This document shows, in pieces, positions 18,601 through 30,600 of a DNA stretch of 62,010 nucleotides (the stretch's first letter is position 1; each line of letters starts with the position of its first letter). This stretch comes from Candidatus Micrarchaeia archaeon (lineage in GTDB: Archaea > Micrarchaeota > Micrarchaeia > Anstonellales > Bilamarchaeaceae): positions 1 to 62,010 of the forward strand of contig JAWOLP010000003.1 of the NCBI GenBank assembly GCA_033853355.1, written 5' to 3'. A program made the position numbers and the translations under genes. Below the pieces are notes generated by a model. That model was not told where the DNA came from and ran no database searches. It worked only from the letters and a program-made list of their open reading frames with translations.

Positions 18601-21600
18601 TACGTCGGCAGGTTCCGGCCTGCGGATCGAGGAGAGGTAATCCGCCTCTGCCCTCCGCCCGAAGAATCTCAGCTCCGTGATCACCTGGTCCTGATGGGCG
18701 CGGTCCAGTCTCCTGAACCCGCCTTCGGCGTTGGACCTGGCGGCGCCGTCGTTCGTCTGGAACGCGTCGGTTATCTGATCGACTCCCATGCGGGCCGGGA
18801 CGAGGTCTGGATGTCCTTCGATGGCCGACCGGGCCCTGGCCAGCATGGCCGTGCGCTCATTCCTGCCCACTCCCGACTCCGGCCGGAACGCGGCATCGTC
18901 TATGAATCTTCCTGCAGCTTCGAACGCGTCATTGAGCTGCTGGCCGTAGCGGGTCTGGGCATACCTGATGTAAGCCGCCTGCACGTCCGGGCCGGGCCAC
19001 TCCGCCCGGCCTATCACTCCCTGCGGGTCGGCCCCTATCACCGTCACCCTGTCGCTGAAGACCCTGACATACAGGTTGACTCCGTCCGGCGTGCTCACCG
19101 CGACGTCGACATGGGCCCTTATCCCGGCCTGGGGCGTCCCCTGGTTCTCGACCGGGTCGAAAGCGCCTATGACCCCTTCCATGCGCGCAGGCGGCTGCTC
19201 CCTTGTCCCGACGGTCCTCGCGAGCATCGCGCCGAACATGTAATCCTCGGGCGTCGGGGATCCGGGCCTGCCGTTCTGCGCGGCGCGCGCCCTGGCTGCG
19301 TCGTTGACGAACCTGTACGCCGCAGCGGCGTTCCTTGCATTCCCGTAGCCGAGCGCGGCCGCCTCCATCTGTGTCGGCGGAGCGGCCTGCCTCGCGGCCA
19401 GCGCGAGATCGGACACGTCCGTTATCGGCCGGCCTCCCGCGGCGTATTCGCGGGCCATAGCCCTGAACTCGGCAGCCTGGTTGTACGCCGCCATCTGCTG
19501 ATCGTGAGGGAGGGTCTCGGGTGAGACGGTGCCGTTCTGGGTGAGATACCTTATGGTCAACGCTTCGACCGGATCGGCCGGCATGTTGCCGCTCTGGCGG
19601 TACGCCTCGTATGTCGCCTGCACCCCTTGCGCCTCGAACGCCCCGTGGATATGCTGTGAATACGCCTGGGCGAGCGCGTCCTCGTCGAAGGCATTCGGCC
19701 TGGCCGTGATGAACTCGCCGACGAGCCGCTGGACTTCGGGGGGCATTGTATGGAAGTGCATCAGCGCGTCTACTGCCCTTGGACCAAGATTTCTCATAGC
19801 GAGCGCTTCAAATGCATTCGGACGTATCCCATACCGCGCGAAAAATTCATCCGAAGCTGCCGTCCCCCTTGTCTGTATCTCATTTGTAATCCGGCCTGAG
19901 AAATCCCTGGCTAAGGCCGTCTCGTCGTGGGCGCCGGCCCTTTGCGCGATGAAGTCTCTTATGAGCCCCTGGACTTCTGGGGGGAACTTGTTGAAAAGGG
20001 CAACCGCATCATCGTGTCCGGCTGCGGCATTGTTCGTATATACCTCTGTGAATTCAACAAGCCCCGGCCTTCCACCCGGACCTGGCGCCCCCGCAACCCA
20101 CTGCAAGGCAGTACTTACGCCCCCTACCTCATTCTGGGCATTCGTGAGTTCGACGCTGAATTCGATCAGGCCATGCCTGCGCGTCCCCTGCGCCAGCATG
20201 CCGTCGACAGTGCGCCTATAACCCTCGATCGCGTTCCTTCCAGCCTCGTTAATTCCTGCGATGTCAGCAGCGGCGCCGGGATCGTTGTTGATCGCCCTCG
20301 CCGCAAGGTTGCCGAGCTCCCCCGGACCGCTCAGCGCCCTCTCATGCACAACCGGTGCCGGCTGAGGCTCCACATGTGCCTCTTCCGGCGCCCTTCCTGC
20401 GCGCGCCGGGGTGGTGACCTCCTCGTGCGCTGCCGGGGATGGCGGCCTGACCCTCTGCGGGGTGGTCGTTTCCTCATGGGCCGCCGGGGCCGGAGGCTGC
20501 CCTGCCTGCCGCAGCGCATACGCCTCGAAAGCGTATGGCTCTGCCCTCCTCGCGAGGACCTCCCGGGCGGCAGCTATGAGCTCGGGCGATGGATTCCGCA
20601 GATCCTCGAGCGCCCTTCTGTTGGCCGCCCGGATCTCCGAAAAGCTGGCTCCCTCCGGAAGGCGGTATCTCTCCATCATGACATTGCTGAACTCAAAAGC
20701 CGGATCGTCCGCGTTTATCGCGTGGGCGTTCTCGAGCCCTTCGCGATACCTCGCGAGGAACGCGTTCACCTCTGCGTCAGAGACTTCCCTCACGGCCGCC
20801 CTTTCGGCGGGTGGCGGCGACGGCCTCCGCCCTCTGCTTGGGGTGGTGACTCCCTGCTCCTGCGGCGGCGGGGCGGCCGGCTGCACCTCCTCTATCATGC
20901 CGGGCGTGACCTCCTGCGGCAGCGGCGGGGGCTGCGGGCCCCTCCTCCTCGAAGCGGATGTCGGCTCCCCCTCCACTATCTCTATCTCCGGGGCGGATGG
21001 CTCATGCGCAGGCGCTCCCGGCCTGACCGCCTCGCCGGTCGCCGACTCGATGGCCCTCGCGGCCATCTCCCTCCGTGCCGCCTGGTCCGCGCCTGCGAAA
21101 GCGGGGTCCCTGGCTAACGCCTCGGCGATCTCATAGCCGGGCGTGTCGCGCGAGACGCTCTCCCCGCGAGCGATCCTTTCCGCGACTCCGGTGATCCTTG
21201 TGGACAGCTCGGTGTTGACCATGTCGCGCTGGCCCGCCACGAATTCGCCCTGGCCAGCAGCCAGCTGGTCCGAGACCCTGGCCTGCTCGTCGGCGTGCAT
21301 CGCGACGCGCCCGTCCGCGCGTTCCACGATCCTGAGCCTGCCTCCCTGGAGCACCATGTCCCCGATGTTCGGATTCTCCGCGCTGTTGTACGCGTTGAAG
21401 CCTATGCCGAACGGCTGGCCGTCATAAGACTGTATCTCCGCGTTCGCCCGCGCCCTCATCTCAGGCGTGTCGGCCGGCAGCCTCGCTCCCCGCTCGGCCT
21501 GCGGGCTGAAGAAGTCCGAGTGCAGCTGCGAAAGGCTGACCGCCCCGCCCTGCATCAGCGGTCCGCCCGTCCCGCCGATACCCTGCGCCTGCTGCGACGC

Positions 21601-24600
21601 GCGGGTCAGGTCGAGCATGAACGCCGCCGTGCCGTCGGCGAAATCCCTGTTGAAGACCGAAAGATCCGTGCGCCCTGTCTCGGGGCGGGAATATATCCTT
21701 GTCCCGACGCCGTCGGTGTCTATGGGCTGGAATGTGATGTTAACCTGGTTGTCCGAGCCGCGGCTGAGAGAGAAGGCGCTGTTCCTCCGATAGCGGTCCA
21801 TCAGGCCTGCCCGCCTGGACATCTCCTGGTAGGCGCGCCATGCCTCGGCGATCCTCTGCCTGCCCTGCGGCGTCGAAAGCAGCTCGTAGAACGCCCTGTG
21901 CACCGGATTGTTCGGGTCGGGATGGGCGAGGATGTCGGTCACCATCTCGATGCCCTCGACCCTCTGCGTCTGCACCCTGCCGTCGGGGAGCCTGATCTCC
22001 ACGTCCCTGCCGACCAGCGTGCGGATATCCTCTATTATGCCGAATTCCTGCCGCGCCTGGGCAGGCGCCCCGGTTATCGGGTCGGTGTAAGCGACCCCGG
22101 TATCATATGAGAATCCGGAGTGTATGCCGCTGGACATCAAGCCCTCTGCCTGGGCCATCCTCGCGCCGAAGGCCGCGGGAGCGACATCCTCGGCTTTCAC
22201 GAACAAGTGCCTGCCGCCGGAAAGCTCCACCCTGTAGATGCCTCTCAGCCCTCCGAGATGGGTGACTCCGGTTATGGTCGCATCCTCGAATCCCGGCAAG
22301 CCGGCTATGCGCTGCTGCAGGTTGCCCCTCACGACGAGGTCGAAGAGGCCGTTCGCGTTCGCCTCGAGCGTCGCCCGCTCGGTCTGGAGAGCCGTGCGCC
22401 TGTTGTTGAGCTCCCTCTCGAGCGGCGCCCTCGCCGGGTCGTCAGGCGCCAGGTCGTTCACGCGCTGCTGCAGCGATTCCACTATCTGCTCGTTCCTCGC
22501 GATGCTGTCCCGCTGCGCGGCGAAAGGCCTCACTCCCATCCCGTCGAGCACCCTGAGCCTGCCTTCCGCGCCTCCCTGCCCGTAATCATGCGCGATCGAA
22601 TCGACCAGGTCGGGATCCATGTTCCTGGAGCGGCCGAACTCGCGGATGGCGGCGACGTCGCTGGCCGCGACATCCTCAGGCCTGCGGGCGCTCCGCGCCG
22701 CGGCGATGCTGTCCTCGCGCCGGCGGGCGACCCTTGACGCCTCCCATTCGTTCCCGATCCTTTCGCGGACCTGCGGATCGCGGGTCCTCATCGCAAGGTC
22801 GAGCGCCCCGGCCAGCTCATCCCGTCCCGTCCGCTTGAGCGCCTCTATCCTCTGGGCCGAATCGGGCATGGCTCCGAGCTCCCTCGCCTGCGCGAGCATC
22901 TCGGCTGAAGTGTCCGGCGTCGGCCTCATCCTGGCGATCCCGTCGTAAGCCCTCTCGAGGGTCCTCTCGACGGGCTCTCCCTCCGGCGCGCGGGCGATCT
23001 CATCGGCGAAAATCGCCCTCTCGACCGGCGAGGCGGTCTCGAATATCCTCGATACCGTGCTCGTCGTGCTAGTCAGCCTCTCGACCGCGGCCGCCCTCGG
23101 GTCGCGCGCGGCCTCCCATTCCTGGAGCCTGGCCCTTGCATCAGTCCTCGACATGTCGCCCCTCTTGCCCATGAGGGCCTCGGCGACATCAAGGACTTCC
23201 CTGCTCTGCGGCGGCATCCCTGATTCGACCTGCGCCCGCTGTCGGGCGACCTCGGCGGTAGTAATATCTTCCACGTTATGCGCTATCTCCTCTCCTCTCG
23301 CCGCCGGCCCTCCCCTCCCGCCCCCTCTGGGCGCCGCGACCGGTCCGCCCCCGCCTTCGCCGATCGCCGGCGGAGCGCCCTCCCCTCCGCCTCCCCTGCG
23401 CCTGCCTCCCGGGGTCGTGACCTCCTCTGGAGTCGCCGTCGGCGTCACCCTCCGGCCTCCCGGGGTCGTGACCTCTTCAGGCCCGGCCCTGCGGGCAACC
23501 GGCTGACCCTCCGGGGGCCTGGTCGGCACAAGCGTCGGCTGCTCCTCGACGGGGAGTCCGGTGGTGCCTTCCCTCACGGCCGCGGCCGGGACCTCTCCTG
23601 CGCGCACCGGAAGCAGGGTGCCTTCGGGTATGCCTGTGTCCCTTTCGAAGCGCCTGAAAGCGCCCTCGATCTCCTGGGCGCGCGCCGGGTCTGTCTGCCG
23701 TATCTCATCGAGCCTCGCGGCGGCGCGGGTTTCGCGGTTGCCCACCAGCATGTAGCGCCGTGTCACCTCTCCCATCGGATCCTCGGCGCGCACGTTGGGC
23801 TCGACCTCCCTCATGAATCCTTCCATCGCGCGGAGGTCGGCCTGCGCCTGGGCCCTTGCCTGGGGTTGCGCCGCGGCATCGGTCGCGGTCGCGGTGAGCC
23901 TGGCAAGATGATCGTTTATGAGGACATTGTTGCCGGTCCAGCGGGCGCTGTCGGCTTCCCTGGTCGGGCTGAAGGTCGAGTGCGGCTCGTCGGCTGCGCG
24001 ATAGAGCCCTCCGGCGTCCATCAGGACGACGTCGCCGGCCCTCACCTCCCTCCCGTTTATCGTCGTGTGCCAGTTCTCGATGAACTGCCTCCGCGCGGCC
24101 CCGCTCAGGCCTGTTGGTATCTGCGCCTCCGGCGGGAAGACTACTATGAACTGGAAATCATGCATGCCATATCCGTTGGCCTCGAGGGTCTCCCCTATCC
24201 TCTGTATCTGCTGGTACGTCTCAGGCCTGACGAACTCCCTTATCTGCGTGGGGTTCATGTCCCCTATGTACATGCCAGGCAGGAGGTCCATCGCGATCGC
24301 GATGTTGCCATCCACGTTGACGAAGCGGTAGAATCCCGGCCCGACAGGCAGCTCCCTCCCGTCAGGGGATCTGTACGTCATGCCTCCTATGGTGTCGAGG
24401 TTGCCTGCCTCGCCCATCGTCGACGGACGCCCTTCCGCAGCCGGGCGGCCCGTGACGAACCCGAAGAGGTTCTCCCACTGCTCCGCGGTCGGAGGCTGCC
24501 CCCTGTTGAACGGATCCTTGAATACCTTGACGGCCACCCTCCTGGGCTGGCCGTCCACCATTATCTCCGCCTCCCAGACGCCGGCGGTCGAGCCGACCGA

Positions 24601-27600
24601 ATCCTCGGTATTGTCTATCCTCCGGAGAAGCCTGGCCCTCGGGGCTTCTGAGAGGGTCGTGGTCGAGCCGTCCCGGAGAGTGATCCTCCGGCTCTGGTAT
24701 TCCGTCGGCATCCCCTGGAAGCCCTGCTCGCCCAGATGCTCCTCGACCGCCAGAGGGACCGCATTCGGCCTGGCTGCCTCGTCGCGGACGAAAGCCTCGG
24801 CCGCCTCCCTGCTCATGCCGCGGGCGCTCATCAGCTCCTGCGCCCGCGCCTGCTGCTGCGCGGTGAGCGGCTGCGCCTCCTGGCGCACGGCCTCGTTCGG
24901 AGCCCTCGGGACGGTCCTGCCCTCCTCGTGCGCGGCCGGCGGGGCTGTCGGCGCGAGCGCCTCCTCCCTCTCCCTGGCCAGCGAATCGAATCCCCTCGCG
25001 CGGTCCTCGAGCGCAGCGGCCCTCGCCTCTATCCTGGCGACGTCCTCCTCCATCTGGCTCCTTCTTCTCGCCAGCAGCTCCGGATCGTTCGCGAGGCGCG
25101 TCTCCTCCTCCCTGAATGACGACCTTGTCTGCTCGGCCTGATCGTGCAGCCCCCGCGCCTCCGCTCTCGCTCCGGCGGCCCTCTCCCTTATATCCGCGGG
25201 AGTGGCCCTCCGCCTATATGCGGCATCGATGCGGTCGGCGCTGTGCTCGAGCGCCGTGGCCCTGTTCTCGAGAGCTGTCGCACTCTCCAGCATCCCTTGC
25301 CTTTCGACATCGGAGTGGACAGTGCTCTGCGCGTCGCGCCTCAGCTCGAACGCCTGGTCCCTCATCCCCTGGGCATCGTTTCGGCGCCCCTCGGCATGCT
25401 CGGCAAGGTCCCTGGGGACCAGCTCCGGGCTCTCGATGACCGGCCTCACTTCGGTCGCATATCCCGCGTCCATCACTCTGGGATCCGCGGCGATGTCCGC
25501 GACATAGCTGGCCTTGCCCAACGCAAGCCTCAGCTCGGTCGGGGTGTCAGGGCCGCCCTGCGCCCTTGCCGCCCTCGCGAATTCAGGGTCGAACACGAGG
25601 TCGGAGACCTGGCTCCGGATCCTCTCCGGCACGTTCGCCAGGATCTCGTTGCGCCGCGCTTCGGGAAGGCTCGCGAAATCGGGATTCTCGCGGAGGATGC
25701 GTTCTGTATGAAATATCATGTCGCTGGCGGTCTCGACATGCTGCTGGGTGTACGTTATCGCCTCCTCGCCGCGCCCGATGGTGTAGGTCGCCTGCCCGTC
25801 CGGCGCGACCGCGCGCGAGGTGAAATTCGCGCTCTCTACGCGCGCGCGGAAAGCGCTCATGTCGGCCTCCGTCCTCCGCGTCTCCGCGGCGGCGCGCAGG
25901 CTCTCCATCCGCGTTCTCGGCTGGGCCTGCGGGGCCGGAGGCGCAGCCGCGCGCGTGGACGCTGTGAAAGCGTCGGCGGGTTCGGCTCCGCCGAGCCGGG
26001 CCCTGATGTAAGCCCGCTGCGCGTTGTCCAGAGGGAACGGCTGGCCGTTGTTCCCGCTCCTCTCGAATTCTTCGATCGAACTCACTCCACCGCTGTTCAT
26101 GGCCCGCTCGAACGCCTGGTAATTGTTCTCGCTCCTCGCTGATTCTATGGTGCGCCTGCCCGCTGGGCTCGCCGCGTACTCCTCGAAATTCCGCACCCCT
26201 CCCGCCGCGCGGGTGGCGTTGTAGTCCGACAGCACGCCGCGCTCGATGCTCGGGGCCAATGGGCGGTCCCCGAGGCTCGCCCTGTACGTGGTCCTCTCCG
26301 CGATCGGCATCCGGCCGATCTCGCCCTGGAGCCTGGAATAGTCGAGGGCCATGGCGTGCACTTCGCCGGACTGCATCGGGACCCCCAGCAGGCCGGCCTC
26401 TATGACCTGCCTCCATCTGGGGACGTACCTGGGGATGCCCTCCTCGCCGGGGGCCGAGCGTAGCTGCGCATATCTGGCCGCCACGAGCGGCTGGATGACC
26501 GTCTGGAAGCCGTAGAAGCTGGCCTCCCACCATGTCATGTCGCCGTTCTGGACGCTCCGTATCATCGAGGGCATCTGATATGCGAACTGCCCCGCGCCGC
26601 TCACGGCCAGCGCGTTGCCGGTAAGATGGATCGCCCTCTGCGCGATGCTGAGGTCCTCCGCTCCCCACGCCAGCTGCCATGCGCGCTGGCCGAACGAGAG
26701 GGTCCTCGTCGCCTGCGCCGCGGCGCTGGTCCCCTCCGTCCATGTGTTTATCGCCTCGATGGTCGCCCTGCTCGCGCCGGCCAACCTCGCCGCGTTCACC
26801 GCCTGCTCGGTCTCGTTCATCAGCGTGGCGGCCTCGTTCAGCGCGGCGGCTCCCCTTCCGGCGGCGGCCAATTCTCCTGCGAACGGGAGGACCGTCGTGA
26901 CGACCCCGACGCTCACTGTGAATATCGAACCTGCAGTCCACTTGCCCATCTGCTCCCGCTGCTCTATGCCCTCGGCGATGCCCATCGCGCCGACTCCGGC
27001 TGTGAGGACCAGCGACGCGCCGCCGGTCGCCGGGGCGGCCACGATGCCGACCGTCGCGACGGCGAATTTCCCGACGGCCACGGTAACGCGGTAAGCGCTC
27101 CTGTAGCGGCCCATGCTCGCCCTCGCATCGACCGTGGTCTGGTCGTTCGTGTCGACCCACTGCCCCTGCTGGTTCTGCACGAACGGGACGCTCGAGGCGA
27201 GCAACGTGGCCGAGCGGTCCAGGTCGGGGGCTTCGAACTGGATCTCTCCGGTGGCGGTGGAGACCGGAACGATATTCAGCCTGCCGATCGCGGAGAGGCC
27301 GGAATCCCTCGCGCTCCCCTGCCTCGCGGACATCCTGTCGAAGAAGACCTGCTGCGGGTCGGCGCCCCAGGGCGAATCGTGCGCGAATATCACGCTCTCC
27401 ACTTCGCCGTCGAGCTGCATGAACTGCGAATACGCCTCGTTCAGGGCGGCCGTCTGCTGCGGCGTGTTGTGCAGCCTGGAGAGGCCCCAGTATCCCTCGC
27501 CCTCGGCGTGGGTGGTGCTCAGCGAGCCGTCGTTGCCGTGCCACACCCTGCCGACGCCGAGCGTCGCGAGCTCGAGCGTGGTCCGGTCCTCCGCCCTCTG

Positions 27601-30600
27601 CTCCATCACCGGCCGCACGTGGTCCCAAATATCGTCATCGGCGAAAGATGTCAGCTCCCTGGCCTCGCGGTAGTTGAGGCCGCCGAGCTCGTCGGCGAAC
27701 CCAATCGACCTCCCCCCGCGGCCGCCCATGCCGAAATTGCCGCGGAGGTCTGAATATACCGTGATGTAAGCGTAGCCGCCGTGCCGCGAATCGTCGTGCC
27801 ACTCGCGCGGCTGGCCCCTGAACTCGTAGATCGGCGCGGCGACCGCCTCGTTGCGCACGAGCATGTCATAGAACCGGAAGTCGTTCTGCTCGGACGTCGC
27901 TGCCATCGCGCCCTCGAACCTCCGGGCCGCGAACTCGCGGTAGGCCTCGTCCGTGTATCTGTGCGGGGCCCATCCGTGCGCCCTCTCCTCGTCCCTCATC
28001 TCCTCGCTGGTCTCGAGGCGGTATCTCTGCGACTGGTCGGCTGAGCGCAGGTCCTGCTGTCCGGCCCGGATGAATTTCCTGGCATACTCCCACCCTACGA
28101 CCCTCTGCTGGTGCCTCGCGCCGACCTCGAGGGTGGTGGCCGCGGCCTCGAGCTGGGCATCTATCGAGGAGTCCCAACCCTGGAGATGGGACTGCCTGGC
28201 CGCGTTCAATCCGCTCCTGAAGTCCGCGGCATTGGACGAGAGCGCGCCGTATATCTCTCCGCTCAGCTGCTGCGCCCGCCTCCAGTCGGGCGTACCTGTC
28301 ATGGAAGCGAGCAGGTCGGAATGCATCTGGGCGTATGTCCTCCCGTTCGGCCCTATCTCGTTCATCCGGTCGGCCGGGATGCCCTCTATCATGACCATCG
28401 CGAGATACGGGTTCACCTGCAGGATCGAGCCGCCGGCGAGGAGGCGGTCCCTCGCGTCCTCATTGGCCGCCCTCGCGCTGTCCCAGTCCCCCCCGTCGCG
28501 CCTCATGCTGCCGGCAAGATAGCTGATTGGTTGCTGCAGGGCGTTGTTCCGATCCTCGACCTCTCCGCGGCCCCGCACGTCGTCTTCGTCGGTGGGCATG
28601 GCTTCCTGGAATTCGTCGCCGGCATGGTTCGCGCTGTTCCTGCTGGACCAGGCGGCGATCGTGGTCCTGGTGACGTTGACGTCCTGCCGTGTGATCGCCG
28701 CTGCCCTCGACATCTCGCCCTCGACCTGGCCGAGGCCCGCTTCAGCGGCGTCGTACTGGCCGCTCTCGATGAGCGCCTGGTTCCTCGCGAAACGCCCGTC
28801 ATAGTCGACGGCATGGTAATAGAACAGATCCCCGCCGCCGACGACATCGCCCATCCTCCTCTGGCGCTGCGTGTTCGGATCGTAGACCTCGCGGTTGAGC
28901 AGCTCGTCCATCATCCCCTGCCGCTGCGCGTCCCCTTCAGGGCCAGCCGGTATGTTCGAGAGCCGCTGGCGCAGCTGCTCCCTCTCCGAGCTCGGCGGGA
29001 GATGGCTGATCAGCGTGTCGATGACTTCGGGGCGCGGAGTGACGCCGAGCCATGGCACCGTGGTCGTCTGGCCGGGCTGGCTCACAGGCGCCTCGGTAGA
29101 GACCACGCCTATGAACGGATTGTCCGGGCTCATCTCGCCGTACTGGCGCCTGAAGTTCGCGTCGTCTATCCAGACCTGCTGGCGGCCGCTAGCGGCCCGG
29201 ATGCCGAGCCTCGTCCTCCGCAGCATGCTGTTCGACGCGTCGAACCTCTCGGCGTACGCGAGGTTTATCCCGCTCGTCGCGTTGCGGTCGTGCTGGGACG
29301 CATCGTAGTAATCGTGACCGGAATCGTCCGTCGTCCTGGTGTTGGTGGCGTAGCCGACCTGCCTGTACACTTCCTGGAGCAGCGCGAGGTCGTTGCCGGC
29401 ATCCGTGAGGTTCTGCCTGAAGCCTTCCCTCGTGGCCGGATCCTCGACGCGGTCTATCATCTGGTTGATCAGGCCCTTTATCGTCTCGACGTTCTGGGCC
29501 TGGAGCTGCCTTCCCTGCGCCACGAGGCTCTGGGTCTGCCTGGTCTTCGACAGCTCCTGGTTGATGACCGCGGTCCCGACTTGCAGGGTCCGCTGCGCGA
29601 GCAGGAACCGATCCGGGTTTATCACCGGGATCGGCGCTCCCTGCGCGGGGGTCGGCGGGGGCTGGCCTGGCGGATACGGATGGCCCTGCTCGTCCACCGG
29701 CTCCCCGAGGAGGTTCACCCTCTGGCCGGTCCCGAGGCCGATGAAGGTCCGGACGGCCACCGTCGCGTCGAACCTCCCGCTCTCGCGGTGCCTGGACGCG
29801 ACCGAGGTCATGCTGGTGTCGAGGGATGCCACGCCGTCCCTTATCCCCGTGGCGGTGCGTATGAGCAGCTCGCCGTTCTGGCTGTGCTGGAGCACCTGCT
29901 GCTGGAGCAGGAAGCGGTAAAGCTGGCGCGTGCGCCCTTCGTCGGTTCCGGCCTCTTCCCGCAACCGGTTCGCCCTCGCCTGCATCTGCGGGGGGAGCTG
30001 CGGTATCAGCTCGCCGATGCGCCGGTTCACGTCTGCGATCGGCGCGGAATCGACGTTGTTCAGCTCGGTGGAGAATGTGAGGGCGGCGTTCTGCTCGGCC
30101 CTTCCCTGGAAGTATATCCTCTCTGCCGCGGCCCTGGATGTGCCCATGAAAGCGGGGTCGGCGAGCGCCTCCTGCCTCCGGTAGAACCTTTCCGCGACCT
30201 GGTCCCCGCGCGCGTGCGCCAGGTCGCCCTGGCGGTGCAGCCTCGCGGCCTCCCGCCTCCATGCGGCCTCGGACCTGGCGTTCTGCGCATCGCTCCTGCC
30301 GAAGACCCCTGTGGTGAGGAACTCGAGGTCCTCCGAGTTCCTAAGGTGAGTGGTGATCGCCCCCTGCCTCGTGTTGAGCTCGTTCAGCCCGCGGTCCGTG
30401 GCGGCCTGGTCGGTCCCGCCGCCGAGAGCCTGCGCGACCGAGCCGCCGCTTAGGATCGCCCTCGGTATCGGGAGGTCTGTCACCCGCGAGAGGTCCGCCC
30501 TCCAGGTGGTCCCGATCTGGCTTATCCTCCTCCCGCTGATCCGGAAATCCCTGCTTCCGAAATAATTGCCGAGCTGCCCCTCCACGTAATTCATGGCTTC

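Noticed and set aside
23405-23506. The 51-nt-spaced direct DNA repeats here and at 20408-20478 as a possible CRISPR-like or minisatellite element.
   Set aside because: There are only two copies each, they are in frame within the giant ORF, and they encode the EEVTTP peptide repeat. There is no repeat-spacer periodicity and there are no cas genes.
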